Virus record (IMG/VR): IMGVR_UViG_3300033388_007160
Span: 22,020 to 86,019 of that record
Source: a virus
Direction: 5' to 3' (one strand)
DNA: 64,000 nt
The notes beneath the pieces were generated by a model. The model had not been told where the DNA came from. It saw only the letters and a program-made list of their open reading frames with translations, and did no database searches. This document shows positions 21,684 through 31,913 of the stretch, in pieces. Position 1 is the stretch's first letter. Each line of letters starts with the position of its first letter. Made by a program: the position numbers and the translations under genes.

Positions 21684-22559
21684 ATGCGAACTAAGCGGTT
21701 GGAATGGGACCATTATCCTTCGCTTGATGAATTGCGGGAAGCCCTTAAGGATGTGCCAGCATGGCCGGGCTCAGAGAAGTCGCTAGCTGATTACTGGCCC
21801 TATATCATCCCCCTTTCACGTCGCCGTAAGGTTGGCCGTGACCAGTGGGAAGTGGTCTGGAATCCCTACCTAACCGTAGATGGCCGCATTCGCATTTTTG
21901 TAGATGCCCATCTGGAGGCCGATGCCCACTATCACGAAGAGATAGTCGAAATCCGGCGCGAAGACCGCTTCCTCATTGTGCGCTTGCGGATAACAAGTGA
22001 CCTGTTTGGCACACGTGAAGATGTGGGCACGGCGGACTTTTCACTTGCCGAAGCTCCTCCCGACCAGAGGGAACGCCAAGTTGATGCCACTAACCCATTC
22101 GAAAATGCTGTCACTTCTGCCCGTGGCCGTGTGATAGCAGCCTTTGGCGTTGGTATCATTCCCGGCATGGGCCTTGCCACAGCAGAAGAGGTTGTGGACG
22201 CTGATAACCGTTACCAGCAGCGCAGTGGTGATAACCGCAAACCTGCCCCGCAACCCAGCCAGGCGCCACGTGAAGAACCGTCGCAACCTTCCCCTCGTGC
22301 CATGCGGCCCCATGAACTGGAAGGCAGGCTCGGCTTTGGCATTCAGACACTCAACGGCGGCAAGCTGCCCGAAGACTGGAAGCGCTACATCGGCCCCGCA
22401 ACAAAGGCATTCATCGAAGAGACTGGCCATCCTAATGCCGATATAAGCAACTGGTCTACAATTGACATAAGCAAGTTCGTTGTCTGGTGCAGGCAGAAGC
22501 ACGAACAAGACCCCGAATTCCTGAGCAAGCTGGAGGTTGGCGATGCCGGAACAAGTTGA
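21684..22559 (+). CDS. Putative single-strand annealing protein (Rad52/Sak-like)
   Basis: YLTVDGRI and NPFENAVTSARGRVIAAFGVG; located before RecA. Confidence 0.55.
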   Translation: MRTKRLEWDHYPSLDELREALKDVPAWPGSEKSLADYWPYIIPLSRRRKVGRDQWEVVWNPYLTVDGRIRIFVDAHLEADAHYHEEIVEIRREDRFLIVRLRITSDLFGTREDVGTADFSLAEAPPDQRERQVDATNPFENAVTSARGRVIAAFGVGIIPGMGLATAEEVVDADNRYQQRSGDNRKPAPQPSQAPREEPSQPSPRAMRPHELEGRLGFGIQTLNGGKLPEDWKRYIGPATKAFIEETGHPNADISNWSTIDISKFVVWCRQKHEQDPEFLSKLEVGDAGTS

Positions 22560-23571
22560 TTTGGATGCCATACTGCAACGTATCAATACAGATTTGCAGC
22601 GAAAATATGGCAAGCCACTGCTCCGTAGGGCTTCAGAACATAGCGATATTCACCGCATACCAACAGGTATAATCGGCCTCGACAAAGCCCTGCGGGGCGG
22701 CATACCCGTTGGCATACCGGTTATCGTTCAGGGTCGTGAAAGCACCGGCAAAAGCAGCCTGTGTTACCACATTGCGGGCCAGGCTCATGAACATCTCAAC
22801 AAGCCGGTGCTTCTGGTCTATGCCGAAGGCCCCTTTGACTCTCAGTATGAATGGGCAAGGGATTGTGGCCTGCCGGTAGATGATACACTTGTCTTGGACC
22901 GAAGCCTTGCCCTTGAAGATGCCTTGCAGATAGTCCGTGAGCAACTGCAAACGGGTCTTTATAGCTGCATCATCGTGGACAGCCTTGCCAGTCTCCGGCC
23001 CAGCCCAGAAGTTCAGAAGAAGCTTGAAGAAGCCCAGTCGCACGGCGTGAAGGCCGTCATCATGAATCGTTTCTTCAACAGCCTCACTTCATTCATGCCC
23101 GACGAACCACCGTTGCTGCTTTTCACACAGCACCTTTACGACAATCCAGGTTTTGGTGGCCCGCAGATGACTGGTGGCCGGGGACAGCAATACATCGCAG
23201 GCCTCATCATTCGCCTGTCCCGTCTCGAAACACTTACAGTCACCATCGAGCACGGCGGCGTTGAGCATAAGAAGGCTTACGCCATTGCCATCCAGTGGGA
23301 GATAATCAAGAGCAAGGTGGCCCCTGCTATCGGCGAACGTGGCCGGTTTGACCTCTACCTCGAAAGCCACGTCTTCCCACGGGGCACGTTCAGCGAACAT
23401 GTAGAAGCCCTCCGGCGGGCCATCCTTTGCGGCTTGGTAACGCGCCGTGGTTCCTGGTATGAATACAAAGGCGAAAAGTATCAGGGTGAAGCAGCCATCC
23501 TGCGCGTCCTCGATGTGCAAGAAGCTTTCGATGCTTATTACGAAGCCCTTGGTAAGGTTATATCTGGTTAG
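22543..23571 (+). CDS. recA: RecA-family recombinase
   Basis: IPTG..GLD..L.GG.P; GRESTGKS Walker A; IVDSLA; KSKVAP; GSWYEY..EKYQGE. Confidence 0.9.
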   Translation: MPEQVDLDAILQRINTDLQRKYGKPLLRRASEHSDIHRIPTGIIGLDKALRGGIPVGIPVIVQGRESTGKSSLCYHIAGQAHEHLNKPVLLVYAEGPFDSQYEWARDCGLPVDDTLVLDRSLALEDALQIVREQLQTGLYSCIIVDSLASLRPSPEVQKKLEEAQSHGVKAVIMNRFFNSLTSFMPDEPPLLLFTQHLYDNPGFGGPQMTGGRGQQYIAGLIIRLSRLETLTVTIEHGGVEHKKAYAIAIQWEIIKSKVAPAIGERGRFDLYLESHVFPRGTFSEHVEALRRAILCGLVTRRGSWYEYKGEKYQGEAAILRVLDVQEAFDAYYEALGKVISG

Positions 23572-23584
23572 GGAGCTGAGGGAT

Positions 23585-23932
23585 ATGCCCACCGGCCAGG
23601 ATTTTGAAAAAGCGATTGCTGAAGCACTTGGCGCTGCCCGCACTGCCCGCAGCGGTGGTGCCAATATCAAAGGTGATATAGTTTGGGGGCCGTTCCTTAT
23701 CGAGGCAAAAGCCACAACCAAAGATTCAATTACCGTGAAGCGCAAATGGCTTGAGAAGATTGAAGCTGAAGCCCTTCGCCAAGGCCGTTACCCGGTCTTG
23801 GTGATAGGCTTCAAGCCCATGCGCCAAGCATTTGCCGTAATACCATTGCCATTGTTTGAGGTGCTGGCGAGGGAGGCGATGGAGAATGCGGCCAAGTCCA
23901 ACAGTGACAGCAGCTCTACTGGCAGCCCATGA
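23585..23932 (+). CDS. Hjc-like PD-(D/E)XK Holliday junction resolvase
   Basis: GQDFE...SGG...GD...IEAK. Confidence 0.8.
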   Translation: MPTGQDFEKAIAEALGAARTARSGGANIKGDIVWGPFLIEAKATTKDSITVKRKWLEKIEAEALRQGRYPVLVIGFKPMRQAFAVIPLPLFEVLAREAMENAAKSNSDSSSTGSP

Positions 23933-24092
23933 TTATCATCGTGGGCAAATCTCATTGGACGAACTGGACAGGCTGATAAGTGAGCTTGATTATGCCGAGG
24001 CTCAGCACGTCAGAGAACTTCTTGCCACATTGCACCGTGACCCGGAGCTGAGGAGGTATTTTTTAGGATGCATGAAACTCCAAAGGACATAG
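23886..24092 (+). CDS. Hypothetical protein
   Basis: Small ORF overlapping both neighbours. Confidence 0.45.
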   Translation: MRPSPTVTAALLAAHDYHRGQISLDELDRLISELDYAEAQHVRELLATLHRDPELRRYFLGCMKLQRT

Positions 24093-24835
24093 TGCATTTT
24101 CTTAAGACGCTAACGCCCCGTGAACCCATCAAATGGCCTGAGGAAGATACCCTCTGGAATGCTTCTACGCTTCACTGGTGCCAGAGGTTACAGATACTGC
24201 GGGCTAAGGGTGTCCAGCTTCGCCTTGACCCGAATCTTCAACGCAAATTCTCCCTACGCAAGGCCATACACGAGGCCGTCCAGGAATGGATAACACAAAA
24301 CATCACACCAGTGGCCGTAGAGAAGTTTTTCATAGACCGCGAGAACCGTATCAGTGGCCGATGCGATGTGCTATTGCCGATGACCAACCCGCCTTATGTC
24401 ATTGAAATCAAAACCTTCCGTTCCCGCCATGTGATTAATGGCTATCTGAGCGGCAAATATCAGCCATACTGGCTTCGCCAGATGGGTTTCTATTACCAGC
24501 AGGCCGCCAAGGAATACGGTGCCCAACTCCGGCCCGTTACACTGCTCATTGATGTTGAAGAAGGCACACCCGAAGTTTTGCCGCATGACCCCAACGAGCT
24601 GCCGGACTATAAACCTTTGTGCGATGAACTCAACGCTTGCTGGGATGCCGATATGCTGCCGCCCATGAAGGAAGATTGTGGCGATTGCCCGCTCAAATCC
24701 GTCTGCACCGAACCCATCTACTCCATCAGCGAATTTTATGACTACATCAACCGTTTGAGGATTGAAAACCCCGACCAGTGGGAAATGCTAATCGTGAAGG
24801 AGGAAGAGCAGGTATGTCTCGACGAAGAGTCGTAG
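24068..24835 (+). CDS. Cas4-like PD-(D/E)XK exonuclease
   Basis: SGRCD, IEIKT, QMGFY; N-terminal Cys plus C-terminal CGDCPLKSVC. Confidence 0.8.
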   Translation: MHETPKDIVHFLKTLTPREPIKWPEEDTLWNASTLHWCQRLQILRAKGVQLRLDPNLQRKFSLRKAIHEAVQEWITQNITPVAVEKFFIDRENRISGRCDVLLPMTNPPYVIEIKTFRSRHVINGYLSGKYQPYWLRQMGFYYQQAAKEYGAQLRPVTLLIDVEEGTPEVLPHDPNELPDYKPLCDELNACWDADMLPPMKEDCGDCPLKSVCTEPIYSISEFYDYINRLRIENPDQWEMLIVKEEEQVCLDEES

Positions 24836-25362
24836 AACTTGAAGGTTTCAAGTCTTTTGTGACGCAAGCCGCAGAAATGTATGGCGGGATGAAGGAGCTT
24901 GGCGAGAAGGTGGGCTTGCATTTCACGGGCATATATCGCCGGTTTCGGGCCTTGCCTTGGATTAGATGGGGCAAGGAGGGCGAATTCCTGAAGCGTCTGG
25001 CTGAAGTCTTGGTGACGCCTTTTGAACGAGTCCTTTGGCTTGCCGGTTATAATCCCTTTGTCAAGCGAGAGTATGGCCTGACGCCCAAGGCATTGGATGC
25101 CCTCTGGGAACTCAATCTCAAGATTGCTGAGGCGGTCAAACAGGGCCGTTTCCGGGCCGAGGACATCACCAAACTGGCCGCCCTGGCCCTAAAAGACATC
25201 GAAGAGGAGGCTCAGTCCAATGCAACCCGAGGAGAAGCGGGAACGGACACTGGGAATAGACCCTGGCACGAAAAACTTCGCGGCGATACTGCTGGAAGTG
25301 GGACTGAGCAGCGGGAAGAGTGCAGTGCACAAGAAATTGGTGCTGAAAAGGAAACGTGGTGA
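24814..25362 (+). CDS. Putative HTH DNA-binding protein
   Basis: GMKELGEKVGL...RLAEVL...LWLAGY resembles XRE family; 3' end overlaps next gene. Confidence 0.45.
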   Translation: MSRRRVVELEGFKSFVTQAAEMYGGMKELGEKVGLHFTGIYRRFRALPWIRWGKEGEFLKRLAEVLVTPFERVLWLAGYNPFVKREYGLTPKALDALWELNLKIAEAVKQGRFRAEDITKLAALALKDIEEEAQSNATRGEAGTDTGNRPWHEKLRGDTAGSGTEQREECSAQEIGAEKETW

Positions 25363-25867
25363 GGACATACTTACATTTGCCCGACGGGTTGGCAGTGAAA
25401 TCATAGAGAAGTTCCTTGGGGAGGGCCATGCAGTTGAGCCCGTATCTTTTGTCGTGTTTGAGCGGCAGTTTGACCGTTCACCGGATAAACCTCTCGAAAG
25501 ATTGTTGCACATAGTTGAGTTTGTCCTTTACGATTATACCTACCGAACCTGCAATGAGTGGTTTGGATACCCAGCTATCTCTTTGGGACTGGAATACTCA
25601 CCCACGCAGATGAAAAAGTATGTAACTGGCAAGGGCAATGCCGATGAAGCCGAATATTGGCGCAAGATAGAGCGGAAATGTGCTACAGGCCAGTTGCCCT
25701 TCGGCGATATAGACAACCAGCATTTGATAGAGGCGGGTATTTATGCTTTGATGGGACTCGACTGGTATCATGTCTACTACCGTGGTGATGAGGCATGGAA
25801 GTGTCACGGCAATCGGGAAGGGGCCAAGAAGCCGAAGATACTCTGGAATTTCGACGTAGACTTCTGA
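25220..25867 (+). CDS. RuvC-like Holliday junction resolvase
   Basis: LGIDPG, VFE and PTQMKKYVTGKGNA motifs. Confidence 0.8.
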   Translation: MQPEEKRERTLGIDPGTKNFAAILLEVGLSSGKSAVHKKLVLKRKRGEDILTFARRVGSEIIEKFLGEGHAVEPVSFVVFERQFDRSPDKPLERLLHIVEFVLYDYTYRTCNEWFGYPAISLGLEYSPTQMKKYVTGKGNADEAEYWRKIERKCATGQLPFGDIDNQHLIEAGIYALMGLDWYHVYYRGDEAWKCHGNREGAKKPKILWNFDVDF

Positions 25868-26094
25868 GGAAGCTTTGGGCCGTGGGCACGGAAATCTGGG
25901 GCAAAGAAGTGGCCAACTATATCTTCCACGCTTACATTGCGATGAACTACGGCAAAACGAGCCTGAAAGAGCTATCAATAGAAGAACTACAAGGAATGCT
26001 CGACTGGTTAAAGGAGGAGATTTATGGACAGCGAGAAGATACGGCAGAAGGCCGTCGAGATGCTGGCCCAGCTCCTCAAACGGCCAGCATTTGA
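25795..26094 (+). CDS. Hypothetical protein
   Basis: GAGG RBS; in operon. Confidence 0.55.
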   Translation: MEVSRQSGRGQEAEDTLEFRRRLLRKLWAVGTEIWGKEVANYIFHAYIAMNYGKTSLKELSIEELQGMLDWLKEEIYGQREDTAEGRRDAGPAPQTASI

Positions 26095-26695
26095 GATAGA
26101 TAGCCTGCAGCCATCTGAACTGCTTGAAATCTACAAAGAAGCAGCATTTACCGCCTATCACGGCCAGCTTGTAGCTATGCTGATTGGTGCCCTGCTGCGT
26201 CACAAATTTGGCATTGGCACAACCCGTATCTTCCGTCTACGCAGCCAGGATAAAAACATGCAAATCCTCTGGTCTATTGGCATGTTCCGGCCCCTTACAA
26301 CCGGCACGAAGTATCTGGGCTGGCTGCTGGATAATGATGCTTTCAACTTTGCTATGGCCCCAGAATGTGTTGTGCGGCTTTTCCGCCTTTACAACCGCGA
26401 TGAGACACGTGGCCTGATGGAGGGTATCAACCCCAAGCAGCTTGCCAACCTGATGACTCGCCATAACATTGACCCCAAGGGTTTTGTCCGGTTCACTCGC
26501 CTTCTACTGGATATGATGCGCCAGTTGCAACCCTGGCCCCAGTATGATACTCTCATCGCCGAGGTATTGAAGATAGCCCTTGGCGAGAAGACCAAAGAAA
26601 GGGCCAGGACGATATACGAAATCCTGACGGGTGATACCGATGCCCAAGAAGAAGACACTCAAGGAGAAGCTGAAGAACCTTCTGGAGAACCGTAG
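26024..26695 (+). CDS. Hypothetical protein
   Basis: AAGGAGG RBS; 223 aa. Confidence 0.65.
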   Translation: MDSEKIRQKAVEMLAQLLKRPAFEIDSLQPSELLEIYKEAAFTAYHGQLVAMLIGALLRHKFGIGTTRIFRLRSQDKNMQILWSIGMFRPLTTGTKYLGWLLDNDAFNFAMAPECVVRLFRLYNRDETRGLMEGINPKQLANLMTRHNIDPKGFVRFTRLLLDMMRQLQPWPQYDTLIAEVLKIALGEKTKERARTIYEILTGDTDAQEEDTQGEAEEPSGEP

Positions 26696-27065
26696 CGTGG
26701 CCTGTGTGGAGGAAAATGGCCGGTTATACTTCCGCGTGGAGTCCGAGGATGGCGACTTCGTGGTGTTTGTCGAGCAGGACGAATACACCGCTGAGCAATG
26801 GGTAATCCGTGTCTTCCCTCTTTTCAGCGTCAAGCTGGATACCTGGGACGAGGCCGAGTTTTTGCATGACATGCTTCAGTGGACTTCTGTCCTCTTGCTA
26901 TCGCCGATCATCCATCCAATTGAAGGCGGCATGGCGATAGGCTTTCAGCGGGTCTTGGGTGATACAGACCTCTGGGCGCAGGTTGAAGGTTTCATCATTG
27001 ACGTAGCCGTGGCCCGAAGTAAACTTATGAAGCACGCTATCGAGTGGGATTTTAGCGTGCGATGA
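26640..27065 (+). CDS. Hypothetical protein
   Basis: In-operon ORF. Confidence 0.6.
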   Translation: MPKKKTLKEKLKNLLENRSVACVEENGRLYFRVESEDGDFVVFVEQDEYTAEQWVIRVFPLFSVKLDTWDEAEFLHDMLQWTSVLLLSPIIHPIEGGMAIGFQRVLGDTDLWAQVEGFIIDVAVARSKLMKHAIEWDFSVR

Positions 27066-27068
27066 AAG

Positions 27069-27374
27069 ATGCTATTGCCAATCATGGATGAATGGGAAGA
27101 CTTAACGCCGGAGGAACGCCGCCACATAGGCTGGCAACGCTTCATGAAATGCCCCGACGATGTTTATCTCTGCCCCCGATGTATGCCGCCTGGTGCAGTT
27201 TATCCTGACGACTTTGATTCATACGACGAATGGCTGCCTGACCCGCATTGCAAATTTTGCTTCGGCTTTGGCGTGGTCAGCGACATCACCGAAATCATTC
27301 GCGAGGCTGGGGAAGAAGAGGAAGCCCCTGCCCAGCAACCCGAAGATAACGATGAGGCCGAAGGTTTAGCTTGA
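27069..27374 (+). CDS. Hypothetical zinc-finger protein
   Basis: CPRC...CKFC. Confidence 0.55.
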   Translation: MLLPIMDEWEDLTPEERRHIGWQRFMKCPDDVYLCPRCMPPGAVYPDDFDSYDEWLPDPHCKFCFGFGVVSDITEIIREAGEEEEAPAQQPEDNDEAEGLA

Positions 27375-27392
27375 CGCGCAAGTGGGTATAGT
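27364..27392 (+). promoter_or_regulatory. Repeated phage promoter motif
   Basis: GTTTAG-N14-GGGTATAGT. Confidence 0.6.
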
Positions 27393-27433
27393 GTCTTATG
27401 AGAAAGCCCAAAACAGAAAGGAGTGGCGGCACG

Positions 27434-27811
27434 GTGCCCGATGTAATCGTCAATGATATCAACATCACGGCGATAGCCTATTCCGATAGGCTTGACCGGA
27501 GGCTCAAGGAAAAGTGCTTGAAGCGCCTTTTCGAGGCCTTTAAGGGCAACGAAGACATCGAGTGGTATCGTGAGTTGTATGACTATGCCCGCAGGACCGG
27601 TTTGGATGTCACGCTTTCGGCCCTTCACAAGTCACTGGAGGCCGCATTTGAGGCTGATGCCCAGAAGACAACAGACATCCTCCACGAGCTAAACATCTGG
27701 CCTGCCCACGCACAGGGGATTTGCGAAGCCTGTGGTGGCCCAGTTGTTGACGAGGGGAACATGTGGATTTGCTGGTGGTGTTCTTGGGCCGAAGCCAAGT
27801 ATCCTGAATAG
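27434..27811 (+). CDS. Hypothetical protein with C-terminal zinc ribbon
   Basis: AAAGGAG RBS with GTG start; CEAC...CWWC. Confidence 0.6.
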   Translation: MPDVIVNDINITAIAYSDRLDRRLKEKCLKRLFEAFKGNEDIEWYRELYDYARRTGLDVTLSALHKSLEAAFEADAQKTTDILHELNIWPAHAQGICEACGGPVVDEGNMWICWWCSWAEAKYPE

Positions 27812-27835
27812 CGCGGGGAAAGGAGCTTCTATCAT

Positions 27836-28093
27836 ATGTATCTACCTGAGGAACCCAAAGTCAGTGCTGCGCCGGTGATTTTTATCGCCCTGTCGCTTCT
27901 TGTTTTCTTGATTGGCACGGCGATATGCTTCTACTATTCCACTTCTGGCTTGCCGGTCAGGCTAATTGTTGCCGTCTTGGGAGGCTTGGCTGCTGACGTA
28001 ATATTCGGGGCGGCAGTCGCAGTATTCTTGCTGGCAGTTGGCTTGGTAGCCTATGTTCTAACTTACATCAGCGAAAGGATGAACCGGAAGTGA
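27836..28093 (+). CDS. Small membrane protein
   Basis: AAGGAG RBS; 2-3 hydrophobic segments. Confidence 0.6.
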   Translation: MYLPEEPKVSAAPVIFIALSLLVFLIGTAICFYYSTSGLPVRLIVAVLGGLAADVIFGAAVAVFLLAVGLVAYVLTYISERMNRK

Positions 28094-28686
28094 TACTTGA
28101 TGATGCTTGGGGTATTGACGAAGCGGGCCGGGCAGCTATTGCTGGGCCACTTGTAATAGCGGCTTATCACCCATGCGAACATATCGGAGGCGTAAAAGAC
28201 AGTAAGAAACTTACTGAAAAGCAGCGCGAGGCCTTATATCCGCGATTGCTTGAATCGGGTGTAGCTAAAATCAAAGTCATTCCGGTCCGAAAGATTGACA
28301 AATACGGCATAGTCACGGCTGAAATGTGGGAAATTGGTTTTATGTTGGATGAGCAAATATACCACGAGGTGGTGGTAGATGGGCCACGTTACAAAGTCTG
28401 GGACGAGATAGAGCAAAATGTTATGGGCGTCCAGTTCCTCGGCGACGACCTACGCTTTGAAGTTGATGCCGATGACAAGTATTATTCCGTGGCCGCCGCC
28501 AGTATCATCGCCAAAGTCTTCCGTGACCACCTGATGAAGCTCTGGCATGAAATCTATCCTGAATACAATTGGGCCAGCAACAAAGGCTACCCGACGCCCG
28601 AACATTGCTGTGCTGTGCGTGAACATGGCCTTACGCCACTGCACCGGAAGACATTTGTTGAGCGGATTGTTTCAGGAAGGGGGTGA
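28090..28686 (+). CDS. rnhB: Ribonuclease HII
   Basis: GIDEAGR, DSKKL, VDG, SVAAASIIAKV and NKGYPT motifs. Confidence 0.95.
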   Translation: MILDDAWGIDEAGRAAIAGPLVIAAYHPCEHIGGVKDSKKLTEKQREALYPRLLESGVAKIKVIPVRKIDKYGIVTAEMWEIGFMLDEQIYHEVVVDGPRYKVWDEIEQNVMGVQFLGDDLRFEVDADDKYYSVAAASIIAKVFRDHLMKLWHEIYPEYNWASNKGYPTPEHCCAVREHGLTPLHRKTFVERIVSGRG

Positions 28687-28993
28687 CTATTGATGGCAAG
28701 TTCGTCTTCAGTGCCAACAACGTTCATTGTTTGCTTCTTGGTGGCTATTGTTACAACTATCCTAATAGGACTTGGATGTGCCAAGCAGGTGCCTTGCGAG
28801 GTCAAAGCAGGCCAGGCGGGTTGTTTCCGGCACAGTCAAGCTGGAGCCGCCGGTAATAGTTGAAACGGACGAAGTTTTCTATGAATATCCCGACAGAGAA
28901 TATTAACCGAGTAATTATCTACGTCGGGCCTAGCAAACCCGAATGTAGCCCAGACGAGTCTCAGCTTAAAGGGGAAAACACCACAAAGGGGGC

Positions 28994-29326
28994 GTGCCGA
29001 GAATGAATTGTCTATCCAGTAAATTGAAGCAAGTATTGGATGCTATGCAGCAGATGGAACAGGATTTTGGGCATATAGAGACCGGTATAAACAGTCTCCG
29101 CGAGAGCACGACATTTATCAAGCGTCGATTAAATGAATTGGTTTGGGCTCTGTGGGAAGGGACAGCAGAAGCGCGGTTCATGGATGATTTGATAGATGCT
29201 CTGCATGTCTGTGCTAGCGTAAGCAAAACAATCGAATCTCTGGCCAAGTCAATTAGAGGTTCCAGCGACAAAAGTTTAGAAATCATTGAAGAAGTGTGTG
29301 AAATCCTGAAGGAGAATGCCAGATGA
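28994..29326 (+). CDS. Coiled-coil hypothetical protein
   Basis: AAAGGGGG RBS; heptad pattern. Confidence 0.5.
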   Translation: MPRMNCLSSKLKQVLDAMQQMEQDFGHIETGINSLRESTTFIKRRLNELVWALWEGTAEARFMDDLIDALHVCASVSKTIESLAKSIRGSSDKSLEIIEEVCEILKENAR

Positions 29327-29859
29327 TTCGTGTCACCGAGAACCTTTACTGGGGTGCCATAGCGCCGCGCGAGGAAGGGTTGGCCATCGAGCCCAAGCAA
29401 CTGGACCTGCTTATTTACTGCGGCGACTGTGAGGAATTTGCCCAATACGCTTCCGAGGAGCTTCGGGATGAGATAGACCGTTGGAATGTGCCGGTGATAT
29501 GCCTTGGCTGGCATGATAATCCCGGAATGCCACCAACACGCAAGTCGATAACTTTCCTCGTTGATACCGTGAACATGATGCTACGTGCTGGCCGGTCGGT
29601 ATGTATCGCCTGTGCCTTGGGCATTAACCGTTCTTTCTTTGCTTTGATGTGCTGTCTGGCCCGCACTGAACCTGAGTTTGAGGCCAGAATATCTGCCCTG
29701 AGCCGTTTGCGAGGTATTAATTACGAAGATTGGTTTCACCGCTATGCCATCTGGCGCACAGTTTGGGAGACGAGCAAAGACAAAGCGAGAGATATCTCTG
29801 ATGTGAAAAAGGGCCGGATGCAGGCCCCTCAAAGCTCACAAAAGGAGAGATTAAAATGA
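29323..29859 (+). CDS. Dual-specificity/Tyr phosphatase family protein
   Basis: CX5R motif CALGINRS; N-terminal VTENLYWG. Confidence 0.75.
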   Translation: MIRVTENLYWGAIAPREEGLAIEPKQLDLLIYCGDCEEFAQYASEELRDEIDRWNVPVICLGWHDNPGMPPTRKSITFLVDTVNMMLRAGRSVCIACALGINRSFFALMCCLARTEPEFEARISALSRLRGINYEDWFHRYAIWRTVWETSKDKARDISDVKKGRMQAPQSSQKERLK

Positions 29860-30083
29860 AACCAACACAGAAGCCCTATGAATTCCTCGCCGAGAAGCTT
29901 CAATGGTATAAGATGAAGGCCAAAGAGTTGAGAATGGCCGTCTCTAGGCTAAAGGAAGGGGTAGAGAATCCACTGCTGTTAGCAGGCCTGGAAGTGCTGG
30001 ATAAACTCGCCCGTGATGTGCTCTCTTGGTGCGAATACCGTGACTATCCACCATCCCTTAGGAGTGCGAATATTGCTCGATAA
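29856..30083 (+). CDS. Hypothetical protein (3' end possibly frameshifted)
   Basis: AAGGAG RBS; protein-like sequence continues in another frame to ~30165. Confidence 0.5.
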   Translation: MKPTQKPYEFLAEKLQWYKMKAKELRMAVSRLKEGVENPLLLAGLEVLDKLARDVLSWCEYRDYPPSLRSANIAR

Positions 30084-30189
30084 TGCAGGATACGGTTGGG
30101 ACCCGCCCTATTATGATACCTACGACGAGGCCCGTGATGACGGTAGTTGGAGTGAGACCGTTTAAGCTATTTGAGGACGCTGTTAAGAT

Positions 30190-30729
30190 ATGGGCCGAGC
30201 AATCGCGAGAATGTTAATGAGGGAGGCGACGAGTATGTCCTCACTTGTTGCAGATTGGTGGTGTGTTTGCCTAAAGGAACAATATGGTAGTGTGTCGTTC
30301 AGACCAGAGGGTGACGAAGTGCTTTTAAACCTGTGTCCTTCCACACCCGATTGGCATGACATCGTGCTAAGCATAAGCAGAAAAGACTGGATGCTAGAGT
30401 TGACACATAAGGTAGAAGCCGACTCGCCAAGTATTCTGCCTTGGGAAGTTCGGATTGATGCTGGGGCCAACGTTCGAGTCTGTGCCTATCGGCCTATTAC
30501 CGGTTTGTGCTGTGGTTTGGCAGTACGACAAGTCAGCGAGGAGTTGTGTACTGCTGCTATTGGTGTTTCTCCTCCACTACAGGCGATTGTTGTTGCGGTA
30601 CATCGCCAAGACGGCCTTATCTTGCTTGAGCATCCGATTAATATTGATGATGTATTCGTTCTTGCGAGTTACTTAGACGAAATAGCAAAGCGCTATCGAG
30701 CATACGGATTTACAATTGAGAAAAGCTAA
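30190..30729 (+). CDS. Hypothetical protein
   Basis: 179-aa ORF. Confidence 0.5.
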   Translation: MGRAIARMLMREATSMSSLVADWWCVCLKEQYGSVSFRPEGDEVLLNLCPSTPDWHDIVLSISRKDWMLELTHKVEADSPSILPWEVRIDAGANVRVCAYRPITGLCCGLAVRQVSEELCTAAIGVSPPLQAIVVAVHRQDGLILLEHPINIDDVFVLASYLDEIAKRYRAYGFTIEKS

Positions 30730-30749
30730 GTGGTCAACGGTGAGGTGCG

Positions 30750-31913
30750 ATGCCGAAGGCGACGATAACGGTTATGCGCGTGGGGCACAGGGATAGCGAC
30801 GCGGGCAAGCGGGCGCCAAGCGAGCTGCTGATAGTGACGCCCCAGGGGATAGGGGATGCGCTGATAGCGGCGACTGTGGGGTATCACTGCGAGGCTGCGG
30901 GCATAGCGACGGCGATACGGCGGGAGATACGGGGCGAAGCGGCGGTGCGCGGATGGAGCGTATCGGATTTTGATGTTAGTGAGCTGGAGTTGTTACCGTT
31001 GCTATCGGGGAGCGGGCGTGGTGAGGTGTTTCGGTTGGCGGGGCGCAGGAGCTTTGCGTGGCATGATGCGAGCGGCGGGGCGATGCTGGATAGGCTGCTC
31101 GCGGAGATTGGGTTGGAGCGGCAGGCGGCGCCTGCAACGGCGATGATAGGGGCGGATATCGAGCGGATGGAGATTGGCGGAGGCCACGGGATAATAGCGC
31201 CGTGGAAGCACAGCGCGCCAGAATACAGTATGAGCAAGGAGCAAGTAGCGGCTGCGGCTGCGGAGATGCGGGCGGCAGGCTTGATACCGGTGGTAGTGCA
31301 CAGCGAGCGCGTAGACTTGGGTGGAGTAGATGCGGTGAATTGGACGGGGCAAACGCGGACGGTGCGAGAACTGCTACCGTTGCTCGCTGCGGCGCGGGTT
31401 GTTGTGACGGCGGATAATGGCATTTTGCACGCGGCGCAGGCGATGCAGGTGCCGACGGTTGCTGTGGCGAGCAGGCGCACGATAGCGCCGGAGGCGTTTA
31501 GGGATTACGCGCCGATACTGTGGTGCATGGCGCGGGGCGAAACGCGAGCGGTGCGCGAGCGCACGATAATGCTCGCAGTGCGAGCGATGCTGAAGGCAAG
31601 CGAGGCGAGGTGGTGTATAGCGGGGCCGGAGCGCTATCTGTGTGGTGTGGAGCAGGCGGGGCGGCGGGTAGCGCGGGCGGCAGGGGTGTTTTACGCGAGG
31701 ATGGACGCGGACGCGATTGCAGAAGCGGATGCGGTGATCGTCGAATATCATCCGTATTATCACGATGATTGGGCGGCTGTGTTTGAGGAGCTGCGTGCTC
31801 GCGGTTGGCAGGGGGAGATAATTTGGAGCGTGCACAAGGCGGCGGACTTGACGCGCGAGGGGCGGCAGGCGGAGATAGCGGAATTGGAGGTTGTTGGCGA
31901 GCATGGCGGATAA
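30750..31913 (+). CDS. Second GT9 heptosyltransferase-like protein with C-terminal extension
   Basis: GIGDAL; VNWTGQT..RELLPLLAAARVVVTADNGILHAAQAMQVPTVAV. Confidence 0.8.
   Translation: MPKATITVMRVGHRDSDAGKRAPSELLIVTPQGIGDALIAATVGYHCEAAGIATAIRREIRGEAAVRGWSVSDFDVSELELLPLLSGSGRGEVFRLAGRRSFAWHDASGGAMLDRLLAEIGLERQAAPATAMIGADIERMEIGGGHGIIAPWKHSAPEYSMSKEQVAAAAAEMRAAGLIPVVVHSERVDLGGVDAVNWTGQTRTVRELLPLLAAARVVVTADNGILHAAQAMQVPTVAVASRRTIAPEAFRDYAPILWCMARGETRAVRERTIMLAVRAMLKASEARWCIAGPERYLCGVEQAGRRVARAAGVFYARMDADAIAEADAVIVEYHPYYHDDWAAVFEELRARGWQGEIIWSVHKAADLTREGRQAEIAELEVVGEHGG

Noticed and set aside
24068-24835. CRISPR-associated cas4
   Set aside because: Stand-alone gene in a recombination operon, as is common for phage exonucleases.
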